Shown: piece by piece, positions 12,713 through 27,277 of the stretch | How positions within the stretch are numbered: the stretch's first letter is position 1 | How the letters are laid out: every line of letters starts with the position of its first letter | Origin: Bispira polyomma | Lineage: Eukaryota | DNA length: 64,000 nt | Assembly (NCBI GenBank): GCA_965649765.1 | Contig: OZ287748.1 | Coordinates: 34,596,001-34,660,000, forward strand | Direction of reading: 5' to 3' | Position numbers and translations under genes: made by a program | Notes under the pieces: model-generated | Seen by the model: the letters and a program-made list of their open reading frames with translations, nothing else | Databases searched by the model: none | What the model was told of the DNA's origin: nothing

Positions 12713-15576
12713 TTATTAGTTCCAAAAGTTTGGAATGCCAAACCAACCTATAAAATATCATGGGCTGGGAATCTTTTGATGCGCTCAGATTTGACCTTAG
12801 GCCCCTCGTTCAAGGTCAAATGCGGATGGCCAAACATAAAGGTGCCTATATCTTGCTTATTATTGGTTCTAGAGGTCCTTGAAATATAAAATCAACCTGT
12901 AGGAAATCAAGGCTTGGGAATCTTTTGATGTGGTCCGATTTGAACTTTGGCCCCTCGTTTAAGGTCAAAAGGGTAGGCCAAACTTTAAAGTGCCTATCTC
13001 CCACTTATTATTGGTCCCACATGTTTGCAATGTGAAACCCACTTGTGCCATCTAAGGCTTTATTATAAATGCTGTTATTTGTTGCCTGTTATAATACACC
13101 ATATATTGTCTTGTATAAATCCTGTACTATACAGTCCTGGTAGAGAAGCTGGCCAACCCAGCGATATCACACTCACTGTCATGATGAGACCAAATAATCT
13201 GTCCCATTTAGCGAGATTCCTTGCTGATATTTTGATGACAGAATCGCGAAAAGGCTAAGCATCAGTTAAGAAAACCCGTCATTGGCGGCGGAATACCCTG
13301 TCTATGCCATGATCAGGATAGTTAGTTCATGTCTTACATTGTAAGTGTATAACGAATGCACAGCTACATTATGTTTTATATCTGTATATATTATTACTAT
13401 ACTGTTCTCTTGGGCGCTTTAAATTTGTTTTAGCATTTCTACCAGTAATACTAATTCTAATGGTTTGGTAGTGTACTTATTTTATGGTGGCATGTCGTTT
13501 AATATCATGTTGTATGTGTTAGTAGTTGATAAAATGCTTTGCCAGTCTTCTGTTGCAGTATACCTTACTTGATCTTTATTGCTTTTTTTTCTCAACTGGG
13601 CTGTTGGACTGTAAGACACATTGCAAGTATGACAGTTCTATATTTAAGAAAGCCATATTTAACAGGAATGATGTCTCCAAAAGTGCTGCAGGAAATCTTA
13701 TACTATGCAAGCAGAAATAGGTGGGATAAGATAAATACCACTATTGTTTTTGGATTTTTAACATGTATAAAGTCTCACTGGGAAATAATTTCTTTTTAGT
13801 GAAAAATTTTACTTTTGGATTACCAGTTTCATTGGCATGTGGTTAATAATAAGCCATCCTAAGATTCTCCTATTCCAACTAAAGTGTCAAAGACAAGGGT
13901 GTAAAGGGCACTATTTACTTTTATATTTCTTATCGGTATAAACTTCTTTTGTAAGGCCGGCACTTAAGAATATATTAGCTAAAACAAAAAAAAATGTTCC
14001 CAAAGTAGGTCAATGCCAAGAGGAAATACTATAAATAAATAAACATGACCTTTAACAAATTTGGAGTTGCAATTGACTGGAAGCAATAATTAGGAATATG
14101 TGTAGTTCCGGTGAGCAAAAAGGAAATTACAGACAATAAACGGAATCTCTCCTGTAACTAAATGTACCTATTCTCGACGGGATGTGGTGAATGCCAAATT
14201 TGGAAGGATATACAAAGAGGGTGAAGCCTTGGGAAGTTTAGGTGAAAAGGTATCATATTTCGGTATTTAGTGGCTATCAAATTATATAACACAGTACAAC
14301 ATACAAATACTATAATAAATCTATTATCGAAACATGTTTGGAGAGATTTTATTAATATAAAAATTGAAGACAATGTTTAGTACAAAAGATAAGGAAATAA
14401 ACAATTAGGAATAGTAGAAATGAGTTCAATAAATCACAAATTCGGACAATAGAACCTGCTGTATACTCTAAAATTCTAAACATAATTGCCATTAAGAACT
14501 GATTTTCAGCTGACATTGATATTTTTGGACTAATTTGTTTTAATTATGTTATCTGACTCATGTTGAAAAGTGGAAAAATAATATGTCAACCTAAGCTTAA
14601 GCCAATCCACAGCAGATATTTCCGGATGTAACAAATGCAAAAGGATCTTAATATTTGACATTTGGATCCTGGTTGGGGTAAGGAAGTCAGTGGAATTATG
14701 GCTTTTTACGTCAGTATTGAGGTCATTCTTACATTTTGGTATGTTTCTGGTTTTTGGATAACAGCTTTAGCATTTGTTGTGAGACTATTACTGGATGTCT
14801 ATGTCCTTGATTTTTTATGCAACTTTTAAAAGGTAGAAGTTAATGGTTTGTTCTATTTAATTGTATTTTAGTATATTCTAGCAGGTTCGTAGATGTCAAC
14901 AAATAAAAGAGGATGTTCATCAATCATTTAGACGCTTTCGACAAAAAAGGTTGTTAAGATTGAGAAGCTGGGATTGGTAAGGCTCTGCTAAGTGGTGAAA
15001 AATTTGTCGTAGGTGTTTACCATATAACATAAAGGATGATATAACAGAAGCAAATGATTATCAAGATACAGACCTATCTGGCTGTCAGGTACCCCCAACT
15101 TTGCCCCTGATGTGTGCAGTCAGGTTGAACTGGTGCAACAATTTAAATTTAAACTAAATTGTAGTGATTTCTCGGTGATCTACAAATCACACTGGTCTGC
15201 ACTGGTTTTTAACGTTCGTCAGCATCCAAGTAGGACCCTAACTCAATTAAAATTTGTTCTTTTTGCAAATAATGTGACAACAACGAGCTTGTGTTACGAT
15301 TTCACCAAACTAGCTTTGATCTTACATTATATGAATTCTAAATTACTTGATAATGATGAAAGATAAAGTTGTTAATGTATTCTAATGTCAATTTTGACAG
15401 TTGGAACAGGCTTGAGAACGCATCCCTACCTGTGTTTGTTATATTCCATGGAGGTCTAATTAGGCTTACACAGGACAAACACTGTAGAAATGCACTCAAC
15501 TGAAGCGATCCTTCACAATACATTCCTTGCGAAACCTGAGCGATCCTTTATTGTACATTCCTTGAAATGGCGATGT

Positions 15577-17135
15577 ATTGTCAATTCAACCCTTGCAGTT
15601 CTCGAACATTTACCCCTGCTGTGACCGATCTAATACTGGCTCACACGATTCATGCAATACATATGTACCACAAAGATTGTGTTCTACATGATTTCAACAC
15701 CTTCTAAACACGATCAGGGGTGATTATAGTGACCGGCTTCTCACAGTGCTCACATATTATAAGCCTTTATTCTTCTGCGCTGGCAGATATGTATTATCAC
15801 AAGTACTGTTTACCATAAATTCTTGTGGTAAAAAAAACCCCACATTTTGTGATGCATATCTTTAAAAAATTTGAAAATGTGAAGGTTAACATCATGTTCC
15901 TCGCATAATTATGGTTAAATATTTCAAAACTGACGTAAGTGTAAAGTTTAATTAAAATGATATAAGCTCTAGTATAGTATTAAAATGAAAGGTCAATGGC
16001 ATTGAGCTACTAAACTAAAACCATGTGGCTTGTTTTTAGCCTCACCTTTCAGTTTTTTTTAAGATTAAAGCGACAAAAATACAGGTTTCCATGTATAATG
16101 GAATAAAGATGTTATTTCAAGAAATTTCTAATCTAAATAATGCAATGTGACTATAGACTATTTAAAAGCAATACACGCCCACACAATGGTCTTTGAATTG
16201 TAATATCTTCTGAATGAACTATTAATTCTGACAAGAGCACAACCATTGTTTGTTTTTATGATAACTTTAATGTCTTATTTACAGCAGCAGTCTTTCTTTG
16301 CATTGTCCCTTTACATCTATTGCTAATTAATAAAAATGAATACAGTGGATTATTTTCAGTGAATGATGTCTGTATTATACAATTTTATACAAATCATGCC
16401 TGAAGAATTTGTAACTTCTCTTGATGCTAGAAAACAAAGATTGCATCATATTTTGTAATGTATTGTGAGTTTAGAAATAAGTATATGGCTGCCCAGGGCT
16501 CTGAGTATATTAATATAAAAGTAAACAACTGTGATGGATTTCAATGGCCAATTTTTTAAGCTGACAATATTAACACTGGTTGTATATACAATTTAAAGAT
16601 ATTTCAAATATACACACAATTTATACATTGGTTAACACTAATGAGTTATATATACAGTCTTTAATAGTATTTACATAATTTAGGTGTAAAATACACCTTA
16701 AAGAATCCTTGAGGATGGTAATAAATAGTTTTCACCATGCCTCTCTCATCAGCTAGGGGAATGCTAGAAACTGATGCTGGTTGGCTATTGGCAGTGTGGA
16801 GTACAAACTTGAATACGAATATGAATATACAGTATGAAATCATGAACTCCTCTGGTATCATAAATGTGTCCTGTTTCATAGGTGTATTATATTTACACTA
16901 TTTGCAATAACACATAGCTTAGAATTTAAAACCAGATTTTCATGAAATAAAACCTTACATTGCATGAAAAAAATACTCTATGTTTTTATTTGTGCAATAT
17001 ACAACAAGTTATTAAAAGTGGACATTTTTACTGCACCGGGTAAATGATGGCTGTGATAAAAGGTGTGTAATTCCTACATAAAATCAACAAACACAGGCCA
17101 GTGTAAAGGTTCATATCGTTATAGGTAGACCTAAT
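15577..17135 (+). repeat. Segmental duplication block X, copy 1
   Basis: Colinear with 24509-26167 from ATTGTCAA.TC.ACCCTTGC to AACACAGGCC..GTAGAC.TAAT. Confidence 0.9.
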
Positions 17136-17138
17136 AAC

Positions 17139-20100
17139 CAATTCCCAGTGATGAAATATTTTGGTTGAAATAACGAAAGTTTGACTTTTAAGGTCATAGG
17201 TGAAAAGTCCAATGTTGCAGTTTGGACCTCAAGCTCAGAATATTGGTACCTTATAAGTTTCAGAAGTTTTTTTAGAACACAGTAAAAGATAGTTTGAGAT
17301 ATTTATTATTTACATATTAGTAGGTTATATAGATATATAATATCACAGAGGTAAGAATTTAAAATTTTACTAACAATATTAAAAGTCCCAAGCCAAACTA
17401 GGAAAATTGAGGGATAGCAGAGGCAAAGGTAAGTGGAACCACTGAAGCAGCTTTATGAGTAGAGTTCAAATATGTCCATACAGCAGAAGTCCTTCACAGA
17501 CCGTGTGACATTATATTCTGAAGAGACGCCTTATTATTGAAGGCAAAGGTTGCCCCTGACCTACGAAATGTATGAAAGCTATGTGGTTGTAAGGGTATGC
17601 CCAAGTGACTGAGGACCTGTTTCAAAGCATTTCTAATGTGTGAATCTACTATGGTTTTGTATGGAGGTTTTTGTGTTGTGAATAGTGGGTAAGAATTAAG
17701 TTTGAAGTATTCTAGAGCTAACTAATTTTTTAAGTGCTGTTCCTGGACACAGGACCTGGTTGTCTAACTGGGTGATCTGTATAATGTGAGCTTGGTCCCT
17801 ATTTTGTAAATTCTTCGCCCACTTTATTATAATGTGTGCCCCTGGTGGGCCAAATATTCCTTCCGAAGTAAATGTCTGGAAGGGTCAAATTTAGCAGTAG
17901 AGTGTGGGGCCAAGTTTGACATTCTAAGAAAGCCGAAAAAGGCTAACAAAAATATGGCCCTTTATAGTAGTGGATCATTCGAAATCACACATGTTTTGGA
18001 AATTGAAGATATATGTTGGATCTCAAAAATCCCTTTGGGGTGTAGTTTAAAGTGTAAGGTATGTTTCAAACTCCTAAGATACAGAGCAATACTGTTGTGT
18101 CAAAAGACTTGAATGTTCCATTGAAATTTGGTAGCCATAAATTTGATGACTGCCAAGTAGTTATTGATAACTTTTGGTGAGATGTGGTTCTGAACAAAGT
18201 ATTCTAAGAAAGCTATGAGTGAGTGAATTGAACATTGATGCACACCTGTATAATAAAAAAAATGCTAGAAATGTCTTAAATTGATTGTTGTAAGCTGCTG
18301 CTGTTGAAGGTCGCAGTACTGCATTAATTCTCTGGCAGGCTGTGTCTATGAATGGTTGTGTATGCCGAGTTGCACCTGGGATTATAAGTTTAAATCTCTA
18401 ATCTCATTAATTATGTGTGCATGGGGTGGGTTGTCCGAATATAGTCTGGACAACGCATCAGCAATGGTGTTTTTCTTCCCCTGTATATGTTGAATAGACA
18501 ATGTAATATCAAATGTGGCAGTAACAAGCCAGATTGTCCGTAGACAGTCTGCTAGGAAAGTATCTTTAGTTTTTTCGACCTGACAACCAACAACACGGCC
18601 ATGTTGTCACAATTGATCAAATTTTCTTATGAGCCCACTGCTGGCCCCAAACGCGAAGCGCGATAACGATGTTTACCATTTCCAAGTGTACAATGGAGAT
18701 GTCTTGCCCATATACATTTAAATATGGAGTAGCATATACTTGATTCACCTATATCGCACCCATGCCTGTTAAGCAGGCATCAAGGTAAATTGTGTGCATT
18801 ATTATATCCTCTATGGGTTTCATAAAAACGACACCATTAAATTTTGGGAGAAAATTCAGAAACCATTGTATGTCACTACGAATACTGTCGTCAAATCTAT
18901 TAGCTCCCGGGTTGTTTCTAAACTCCATCAATAGTCTATTTATAAAAATTCTGGCTGAATAAACACATTTGTGGACACACTAAAGTTTACCTGGGATGGA
19001 CTGAAATTTGTTGCATGAAATCCATTTCTTATGATAAACTTCCTTACATAATTGTAAAACCTCTGTAATTTTTTCCTGCGTGATACTGATAGTGCTCTCA
19101 TGTATGTTCACGTCAATACCTAGACACGTAACCCTGCTATCAGGTCTGGAGAGTTTGTCTTTATTAATGGGAAGACCTAAGCAGGCTAAGTCATACAAAA
19201 TCGCAAATGCTACGTTTGCCTTGTCTTTTGGCGATATACAAATGTAGTCGTCTGTGTAGCAATAAACGATGTGTCCCTTATCATGCATGATGTCAGCGAC
19301 TATATCAGAGCATCGCTGGAAAGCTGTGCTCCCATGAATCCTCCCAAACCCGACCACTGCGTCCACATAGTATTCGTTCTCCCAATGTATTCCAAATTTG
19401 ATAGCGTCAGCTGGGTCCACACGCAAATTACGAAATGCCCTGCTACGTCCAGTTTGAAAATCTGAGGGTCATTTGTGTTGTTAATCATGTGAACTATGTC
19501 GTCAATAGTGGGAAACTTCAACGCAAATTCAACCCCATCAAAACACCGCCTGTCTACATTGTCATTAACAGATTTGTTTTTCGGGTAAGACAAGTTCAGA
19601 ATTACACATCTCTTAGTAATATCCTTATGGCGAGTTAGGAGCAACTGTCAATTTTCTCAACTGGGCTCAACATGGCACCCAATGACTTTTCCTTTACTAG
19701 ATATCCATCCACTGCTGTTTTAAATTGCAGGGTAGAGTGATGATTTTCAATACTGCCCTCATTCAAACAATTCGGATTTGTAAGAGAAAGGGGAAAACCG
19801 AATTTAAGATACTGTAAAAGCAGTTGATCTGAATGGTCTTGTAGTACTTTATCCCAACCAGCAATGTTCAAATCAGATTGTATTGGGATGCGAGCCCCTT
19901 TATAATTGGCCAGTTACTTTTATCACACTAGCTATCTCGAGCAGTTGTTCAACCAAATCAATTTTTACAGCATTCCTGTCAGGGCCAGAAAATTCTATCA
20001 GCATTTTCAAAGAAGAATTCAGGTAAAACAGACGTGTGTTGTATATCACAATCAGCAGATATGCTGCCATTAGCAACATATGCTTGTTTACAGCCATTAC

Positions 20101-20700
20101 CTGTCTTGTCTGCCATAATCTTGTCAGGACCTGCCAGCTTATCAATGATATCAACAATGTACTGACTGTATGACTGAGCATGTAATTCATGACATTTAAT
20201 TTTTTTTTAAACATGTAAAATTCGTGTCTAGCATTCTGAATATCCCTCCCTGTATATTCTACTACAGTTATTTCATCAAACTGATTATCAGTCTCATTCC
20301 CATTTGTAAGCATATCAAATAGATCCGAAATGTTCACTGTTTTGATTGAAATAGTATCTACTATGAAAAGGGGTAATCCAGATTCCTTAACATTAGATAG
20401 CAAAATATAGCCATTTCTGCTGCTGTGAAAAACTTGCTTTTAAAAGGACCCTAGTTTCCCCTTGAGGTCATATAAAAATAAAAAATGAGGAAAGACTCAG
20501 AATACTTACAATATATGTGCCAGTTGGTGAAACATACAGTAGTATAAACTCCCAATACAGGACTGATGGACTGCCCAGATTCCTGAAAAGTGTGACTGTC
20601 AGGCATTTGTGATTCATTTTCACCTGAATTCCAGTTGTTTTGACACATAAGATATCTAGTGGTAATGCGTAAAGCTCTGTTCCAATCATCGATGAGAATT
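17139..20700 (-). mobile_element. Ngaro-like YR retrotransposon copy 2 (decayed, 5' part missing)
   Basis: RT fragments 19871-18980 (LKFGFPL, YTDD), RNase H 18931-18390 (IYLDACLTGMG), decayed YR about 18375-17400 (FFGFLRMSNL, WTKL); ends approximate. Confidence 0.85.
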
Positions 20701-20754
20701 CATACCCGCCAGAACGGTTATGGAGCTCCATAATTAAGATACTCCACCGCACAG

Positions 20755-22352
20755 CTGAAAAAGTTTTGCCTGAAAATCACCTCACATTTCTTACAGAAAA
20801 CATTTTTCATTGAAAAAATAACTAAAACTCGAGAAGGTTTTTCAACAATGCTACAGTTCTCTCCACCATCTGCTGCATATGTTGCCCCCTTGCTGAAAAA
20901 ACCAGGCCTTGACAAAAATGGGTCAAAAAATTATAGACCAGTCTCTAACCTCAGCTTTGTATCTAAACTTATTGAGAAAGCTGTTGCTACAGAAATTCAT
21001 CACCACCTTAATAAACATAATCTAGCTAACTGCCACCAATCTGCCTAAAAATTTCACTCCATGGAGAGTGCCCTCCTTTCAATCAGTGATGACATTAACC
21101 TTGCCTTGGATCGTGATGTAGCCCTCACCCTTCTCGATCTCTCCACAGCTTTTGATACCATCGACCATGGCTTACTCTTTGACACCTAAAAACAGTGGTT
21201 TGGTCTTACTGGTACTGTCCTTGATTGGATTAAATCGTACCTTGCTCTTAGAACCCAAAAAAATCAAATTGAGCGATCACTTTTCATCCTCTTTTAAAAT
21301 ACCATTTAGAATACCCCAGGGGTCGGTTCTCGGCCCTTTACTGTTTACCCTCTACACCCATCCTCTCAGTGCAGTCATCAATAATCACAATGTTAAACAT
21401 CACATGTATGTTGATGACACTCAAATCTATCTCTCTCTCTTAACACTCAGAATGCCAGATACAACCTGGATTTACTTGCCGACTGTCTCTCCTCAGTTCA
21501 GGCGTGGGTGAACTACTCTAAACTGAAACTAAACCCTGACAAAACTGAATTCATACTAATTGGAAATAAGGAACACAGTAAATACTTTAGATCACCTTTC
21601 CCAATCACACTGCTGGGTTATGAGATTCAACCTTCAGACCAGGTCAAAAACCAAGGTGTCACTATCGACTCGGCTTTTTCATTTCTTTTCCTCACATAAA
21701 CAGCACTGCCACTCCTGTTACTATCACATTCGGGACCTCAAAAGAATCAGAAATTATTTGTCACTAAATACTGCTATCACTGTGGCCAATGCTCTTGTAA
21801 GTAGCCGCCTTGACTACTGTAATTCTCTTCTGTATGGAGCCAATAAGTCCCACATTAACAAGTTGCAGTCCATTCAAAACTATCTATGTAGAGTCATCTT
21901 TCGTTTGGGAATCCGTACTAATGTCACTCCATACCTAAAGAAACATCAGTGGCTTCCTATTCACTATCAAATCCTGTTTAAAATGCACTTAACCATTTTT
22001 AAAGCTGTTGTTTTTCAACAGCCTCACTACCTCGCTACTAAACTCTCCTCAGCAGCCTTAAAAGGGGAAAAAACTCTGTTTCCTCCAAAAAACCTACAAA
22101 GAGGGTTGGATCTAGAGCCTTATCAGTCGCCACACCCAGTCTTCCAGTTGAACTTGCTTGAAACACTTTCGGGTTTTAGGAAAAAGCTTATAAACCTATC
22201 TCTTCAGACTCGCCTATCCGCCGTAGTCTTCTTCTTGGGCGCTGACGCATCCATCCTTACGACCTGGCTATGTTTTTTCATTTTTCTATTAGCTGATTGA
22301 TTCTGATGTTGCGCCTTAGAAGATGCCTAGCATGAATAAGGCTCATTAAATA
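20755..22352 (+). mobile_element. L2-type LINE, 5'-truncated and frameshifted
   Basis: [59 protein letters not shown]; 3' UTR shared with 28676-28780. Confidence 0.92.
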
Positions 22353-22354
22353 CA

Positions 22355-23121
22355 GGGGATGCTTTCTGGTCATATTTAAATAACTTTAATTAACAAAATT
22401 TAAAGTTAATAAACACAGACCAGTGGACAGTTATTTGATTAAATGCTTGGTGCCTTGTACCAGTAAATATGATTAGGCTTCTGCCTCAATTATTTACTGT
22501 CTACAGTATGGCATATATAGTTATATTATTTTTTTCTGTATAGATATTGAATGAAGATTGGAATAAGAATGACATCCAAGACGAAATAATTGGTTTATGT
22601 TATTGACAAATCTGCATGAAATGCCAAATAAGTAAACATTGTGGAACAAATAAATAAATTTAATCTTCTAGAACTTAACCTACACCTACAATTTCTTTTT
22701 ACAGTCAACTTGTTGACAGATAAGACAGGGATTGTTGTAGTAAAAAAAAAGTAAACAATATCATAAAATAAATGAAAATATTTGTATTTTTTCCTGATGC
22801 CATTGAATATCTATGTAGTTATTCTTATGTTGTGAGGCTGAGTCCATTCTCCGTCTTTATGTGATAACCAGACACAAGCAGTGTGTGGGAGTGTGCTAAA
22901 GTCACAGTCTCCAGTAAAAAAGGAAATGAAATTAGGCCAACGAGAAATGTGCCATGACTGTAACTAACACTATGTTTGGTTTGTTTAGCTACAACAGTCC
23001 AAAAAGTATTCTGCTAAAATATATTTTTTACATAGCAACCATAATGCAGCAGATTTGGTTACATTGACAATACCTTTCAAGACAGATCTTTCCAACAAAC
23101 CAAAATATAATTGTATGTTAT
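22355..23121 (+). repeat. Segmental duplication block Y, copy 1
   Basis: Colinear with 26442-27277 (AGGGGATGCTTTCTG ... CAAAATATAATTG.ATGTTAT). Confidence 0.9.
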
Positions 23122-24508
23122 CAAATGTCTTTAAAATGTGCCAATCTAAAATTTACATGCAACAGTTTGTAGTCACATTCTACGCAATCAAGTACATTAA
23201 AACACAATACTTTAGATCAGCAGTTAAATTGTCACTTGTCTTGTGACATTTTGTCGTCTGTATCCTGAGCTCTTAAAGAAATGACAAGTCATTGTTAACC
23301 AAAGAGCATCTAGCTATATATGGAAAGTCCTAAAATGTACCTATTTCTGTATTGCCTCCATAAGCTAAACATTGTAAATTTAGACCAACGTAACATCGCA
23401 GACAGTGTTGTGCCAATGATTGTGATTTAGTTTTTATTTTATATTAATTGATATATACCGAGTTGGCATGAAGTAATAGAAAATCAGCTACTTTATCATA
23501 TATAAGGAATGAGGGGATGTTTTTATTTTTAACAGACTACATCTCTTATGTGCTGATTTTAATTTACAACGTTTAGCTTATGCAGGCAGTTCTGTCCCTT
23601 TTCGTGTGTCCGTCGGCAAAATACCAGCAAGGCATCTCTCTAAATAGGGACAGATTATTCGGTCTAGTTCATATACCAACCTCCGGTCCACTCCATTTTT
23701 CCGCCTTCAAAAAAAATATATACGGCAGTCTTTTTAGACCAATGAAATTACTTCATACTAACAGACCTTGACCTAATGAGTGCTATTATGAACTTCCAAG
23801 TAGTTTTCTCGGATGAATCTTAATAAAATTGTCAAAATACGAAATATTCTATTTCTACCCTAAAATTAAATTAAAATGTGTTTGATAGAATGTCAGACCT
23901 GGGAGCTTTTATCTCTGAAGACCAGGCTATTGTTTTAAAGGAATACCAGACATTTTGACCTACCAGACCTTTTGACCTAGATGTTATCAGATGATTCAAT
24001 CTGCGTTTTTGGACGTTTCGATCTGAATTTTAGGGATTTTAAATGAACCATTTCAAAGGATATTATTGTGTTTGTAGGCTATATGCACAGTCTTGACAAA
24101 TGTTGCTTCACATCTTGTTATCAAACGTTTTGACCCAAAAGCTATAACAGCTGACAAAAAAATGAAACTATTAGAATTCTATTCGGAAATGATTGCTTAC
24201 TGCATGTGGTTATAATTCAGCCACTAGTCGAAATTGGTGTGAAATGGTAGATTTTGATCAAATTAATCCTTATTTTATAATTTAATTTTTTTACTGTTTT
24301 ATAATAAAACCTCAAACTCGATTATGCGGCCTCATAGGGCCTCATGCATTCGCATGGCAAACTAGTCAGCGGCCATGGCCCGCACCATTCTTGTTGTAGC
24401 TTTCATGGGGAAGTCTAATTAGGCTTGCACAAGGCAAATGCTGTGGAAGGTCCACCCGACTGGGGTGATCCTTATTCAATCACTATAACTTAGTTGCAGA
24501 CACGATGC

Positions 24509-26167
24509 ATTGTCAACTCGACCCTTGCGGTTCTCGAGCATCCACCTCTGCTGTGACCAATATTTATGGAATTTTAGTGAACTAAATTTTTGCAATAGCT
24601 TGCACGATTCATGTGATGCATATTTACCACAAAGACGGCAAATTCTGCCATTTGCAATCTTGCTTGCATTCTACATGATTTCAACACCTTATAAAGACGA
24701 TCATGGGGCGATTATAGCCACCAGATTCTCAAAACGCCTAGGCATCTCTTTTAAGGATTGCAAAATTAAGAGGCTTACATATTAAAATCTTTCACTCCTT
24801 TGCGTTGGCAAATATGTATTACCACAAAAACTGTTTAACCTAAACTCTTGCTATATAGAAACACACATTTCATGATACATATCTATATATAATTTAAAAA
24901 TGTGAAGGTTAACAACATGTTCATCAGGTAATTATGTTTAAATATGTCAAAACTGACATAACTGGAAGTTTAGCCTCACTTTTCAGGTCTTTTGTAAAAT
25001 TAAAGCTACAAAAATACAGGTTTCCACATATAATGGAATAAAGATGTCATTTCATGAAATTTCTAATCTAGATAATGCAATGTGACCACATGTGATGGAT
25101 TATTTAAAAACAATACACGCCCACACAATGGTCTATGAATTCTGATATCTTCCGAATGAGCTATTTTTCTGACAATGGCACAACTATTGTTTGTTTTTAT
25201 GATAACTTTAATATCTTATTTACAGCAGCAGTCTTTCCTTGTGTTATTCCTTTACATCTAATGCTTTTTAACAATGATGAATACAGTGAATTATATTCAG
25301 TAAATAATATCTGTATTATACAATATAATAGAAATCATGCCTGCAAAATTAGTAATTTTTCTTGATGCTGAAAAACGAAGCTTGCATCATATTTTGTAAT
25401 TTGTTGTGAGTTTAAAAATAACTCTTTTCAAAGACAGTATACCTTTTCTTGATATATACATATATATTTATAGCTGTCCAGGGCTCTGAGTATATTAATA
25501 CAAAAGTAAACACTGTGATGGATTAAAATGGCCAATTTATTAAGCTGACAATATTAACACTGGTTGTATATACAAATAAAAGATATTTCAAATATACATA
25601 CAATATATACATGGGTTAACACTAATGAGTTACAAACATTAAAGTAAGTTATGTATGATGAATAATATGAAGCAAATAGGTGCATTTAATGTAACATCTG
25701 TTGCCCAGATGACTACTTAAAATGGCGTGTCCTCGGTCATTAGGTCCTTCGTCCAGTGGTATCCTAAAGATTCTTGAGGACGTTGATAAATGGTCATCAC
25801 CATGCTTCTCTCTTCAACTAAGGGAATGCTAGTAACGCATGATGGTTGACTGTTGGCAGTACAGAGTATAAACTTGAATACAAATACAAATATGCAGTAT
25901 GAAATGCGTCCTGTTTCATCAGTTTTTTTATATTTACAATGTTTGCAATGACGTATAGCTTAGAATTTAAAAATAGATTTTCATAAAATAAATCCTTACA
26001 TTTCATGTAAAAAATGTTCTATGCTTGTATTTGTGTAATATGCAACAAGCTATTAAAAGTGGACATTTTTACTGCACCGGGTGAATGATGGCTGTGATAA
26101 AAGGGGTGTAATTCCTACATGAAATCAACAAACACAGGCCGTTAAAGTTCTTATCAGTAGACTTAAT
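24509..26167 (+). repeat. Segmental duplication block X, copy 2
   Basis: Diverged direct copy of 15577-17135. Confidence 0.9.
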
Positions 26168-26441
26168 GTCAATTTAGCATTACAAAAGTAGAGTTAATAT
26201 TAATTTAGTATTGCAAAACTAAAACTAAATAATTATTTGATATTGCAACCCCTCCCCCAAAAAAGAATAGAAAAAAGAGACAATGAAAATAATCAAAATA
26301 ATCTGGATAGCAGGAAGAGAACAATATCATATATAGACCATCATATATAGACCATGTATATTTGTACTTCTATACAAAATCAATTGCAACCCAATTTTAC
26401 ATGGAGTTTCTTTTCTAGCCATTGGAGGAATGTTTACATAT

Positions 26442-27277
26442 AGGGGATGCTTTCTGATCATATTTAAGAAACACAGCTTTAAAACTGTGATTAAAACCGT
26501 TTAATTGACAATGTTTGAAGTTACCAAACACAACACACACCAGTGGACAGTTATTTGATTAAAGGCTTGTAACAGTAAATATGATTAGGCTTCTGCTTAA
26601 ATTATTCACTGTCTACAGTATGGCATATATAGTCATATTAGTTTTTTTTCTGTATAGATATTGAATAAAGATTGGAATAAGAATGACATCCAAGACGAAG
26701 TAACTGTTTCAGGTTATTGACAAGTCCGCATGGAATGGCCAATAAGTCAATATTCTGGGACAAATAAATAAATTCAATATTCTAGAACTTAACTTGCTCC
26801 TACAATTTCTTCTTACAATCAACTTGTTGACAGATATGACATGGAGAAAATAATAATAATAAAAAAAAGAAGCAGATATTATAATGGGAATTAAATTATT
26901 TCTATTATTTCCTATTGCCATTGAATATCTATGTAGTTATACTTGAAGTTTTTCACATCTTACTTGTTGTAAGGCTGAGTCCGTTCATTGTCTTGATGTG
27001 ATAACCAGACATAGAGCAGTATGTGGGAGTGTGCTAAAGTCACAGTCTTCAGTAAAAAGGGAATGGAATTAGGACAACAAAAAATGTGCCATGACTGTAC
27101 CTAACACTATGTTTGTTTTGTATTATTCTTCTATCATTTAGGCCCCCAACAGTCTCAAATAGTATTCTGCTAAAATATATTTTTTATAAACTAACCAAAG
27201 TGCAGCAGATTTGGTTACATTTACAATACCTTTAAGGACCGATCTTGCCAACAACCCAAAATATAATTGGATGTTAT
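26442..27277 (+). repeat. Segmental duplication block Y, copy 2
   Basis: Diverged direct copy of 22355-23121, cut off by the MITE at 27278. Confidence 0.9.

Larger units (their letters stand above)
9140..13050 (+). repeat. Array of about 130-140-bp repeats split by Ngaro and LINE insertions
   Basis: Unit TTGACCTT..TT(C/T)AAGGTCAAA..GGCCAAAC..CCTATATCTCACTTATTATTGGT..AACCTATAGGAAATCA seen at 9150-9270, 11719-11770 and twice in 12715-13045. Confidence 0.7.

Noticed and set aside
13400-15060. Possible very old Penelope-like or other retroelement relic
   Set aside because: Only vague similarity; no motif I could confirm by eye.
19900-20403. 167-aa ORF with a hydrophobic stretch as an extra cargo or env-like gene
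   Set aside because: Lies in the decayed, variable N-terminal part of pol in copy 2 and has no counterpart in other copies; probably a frame mosaic.
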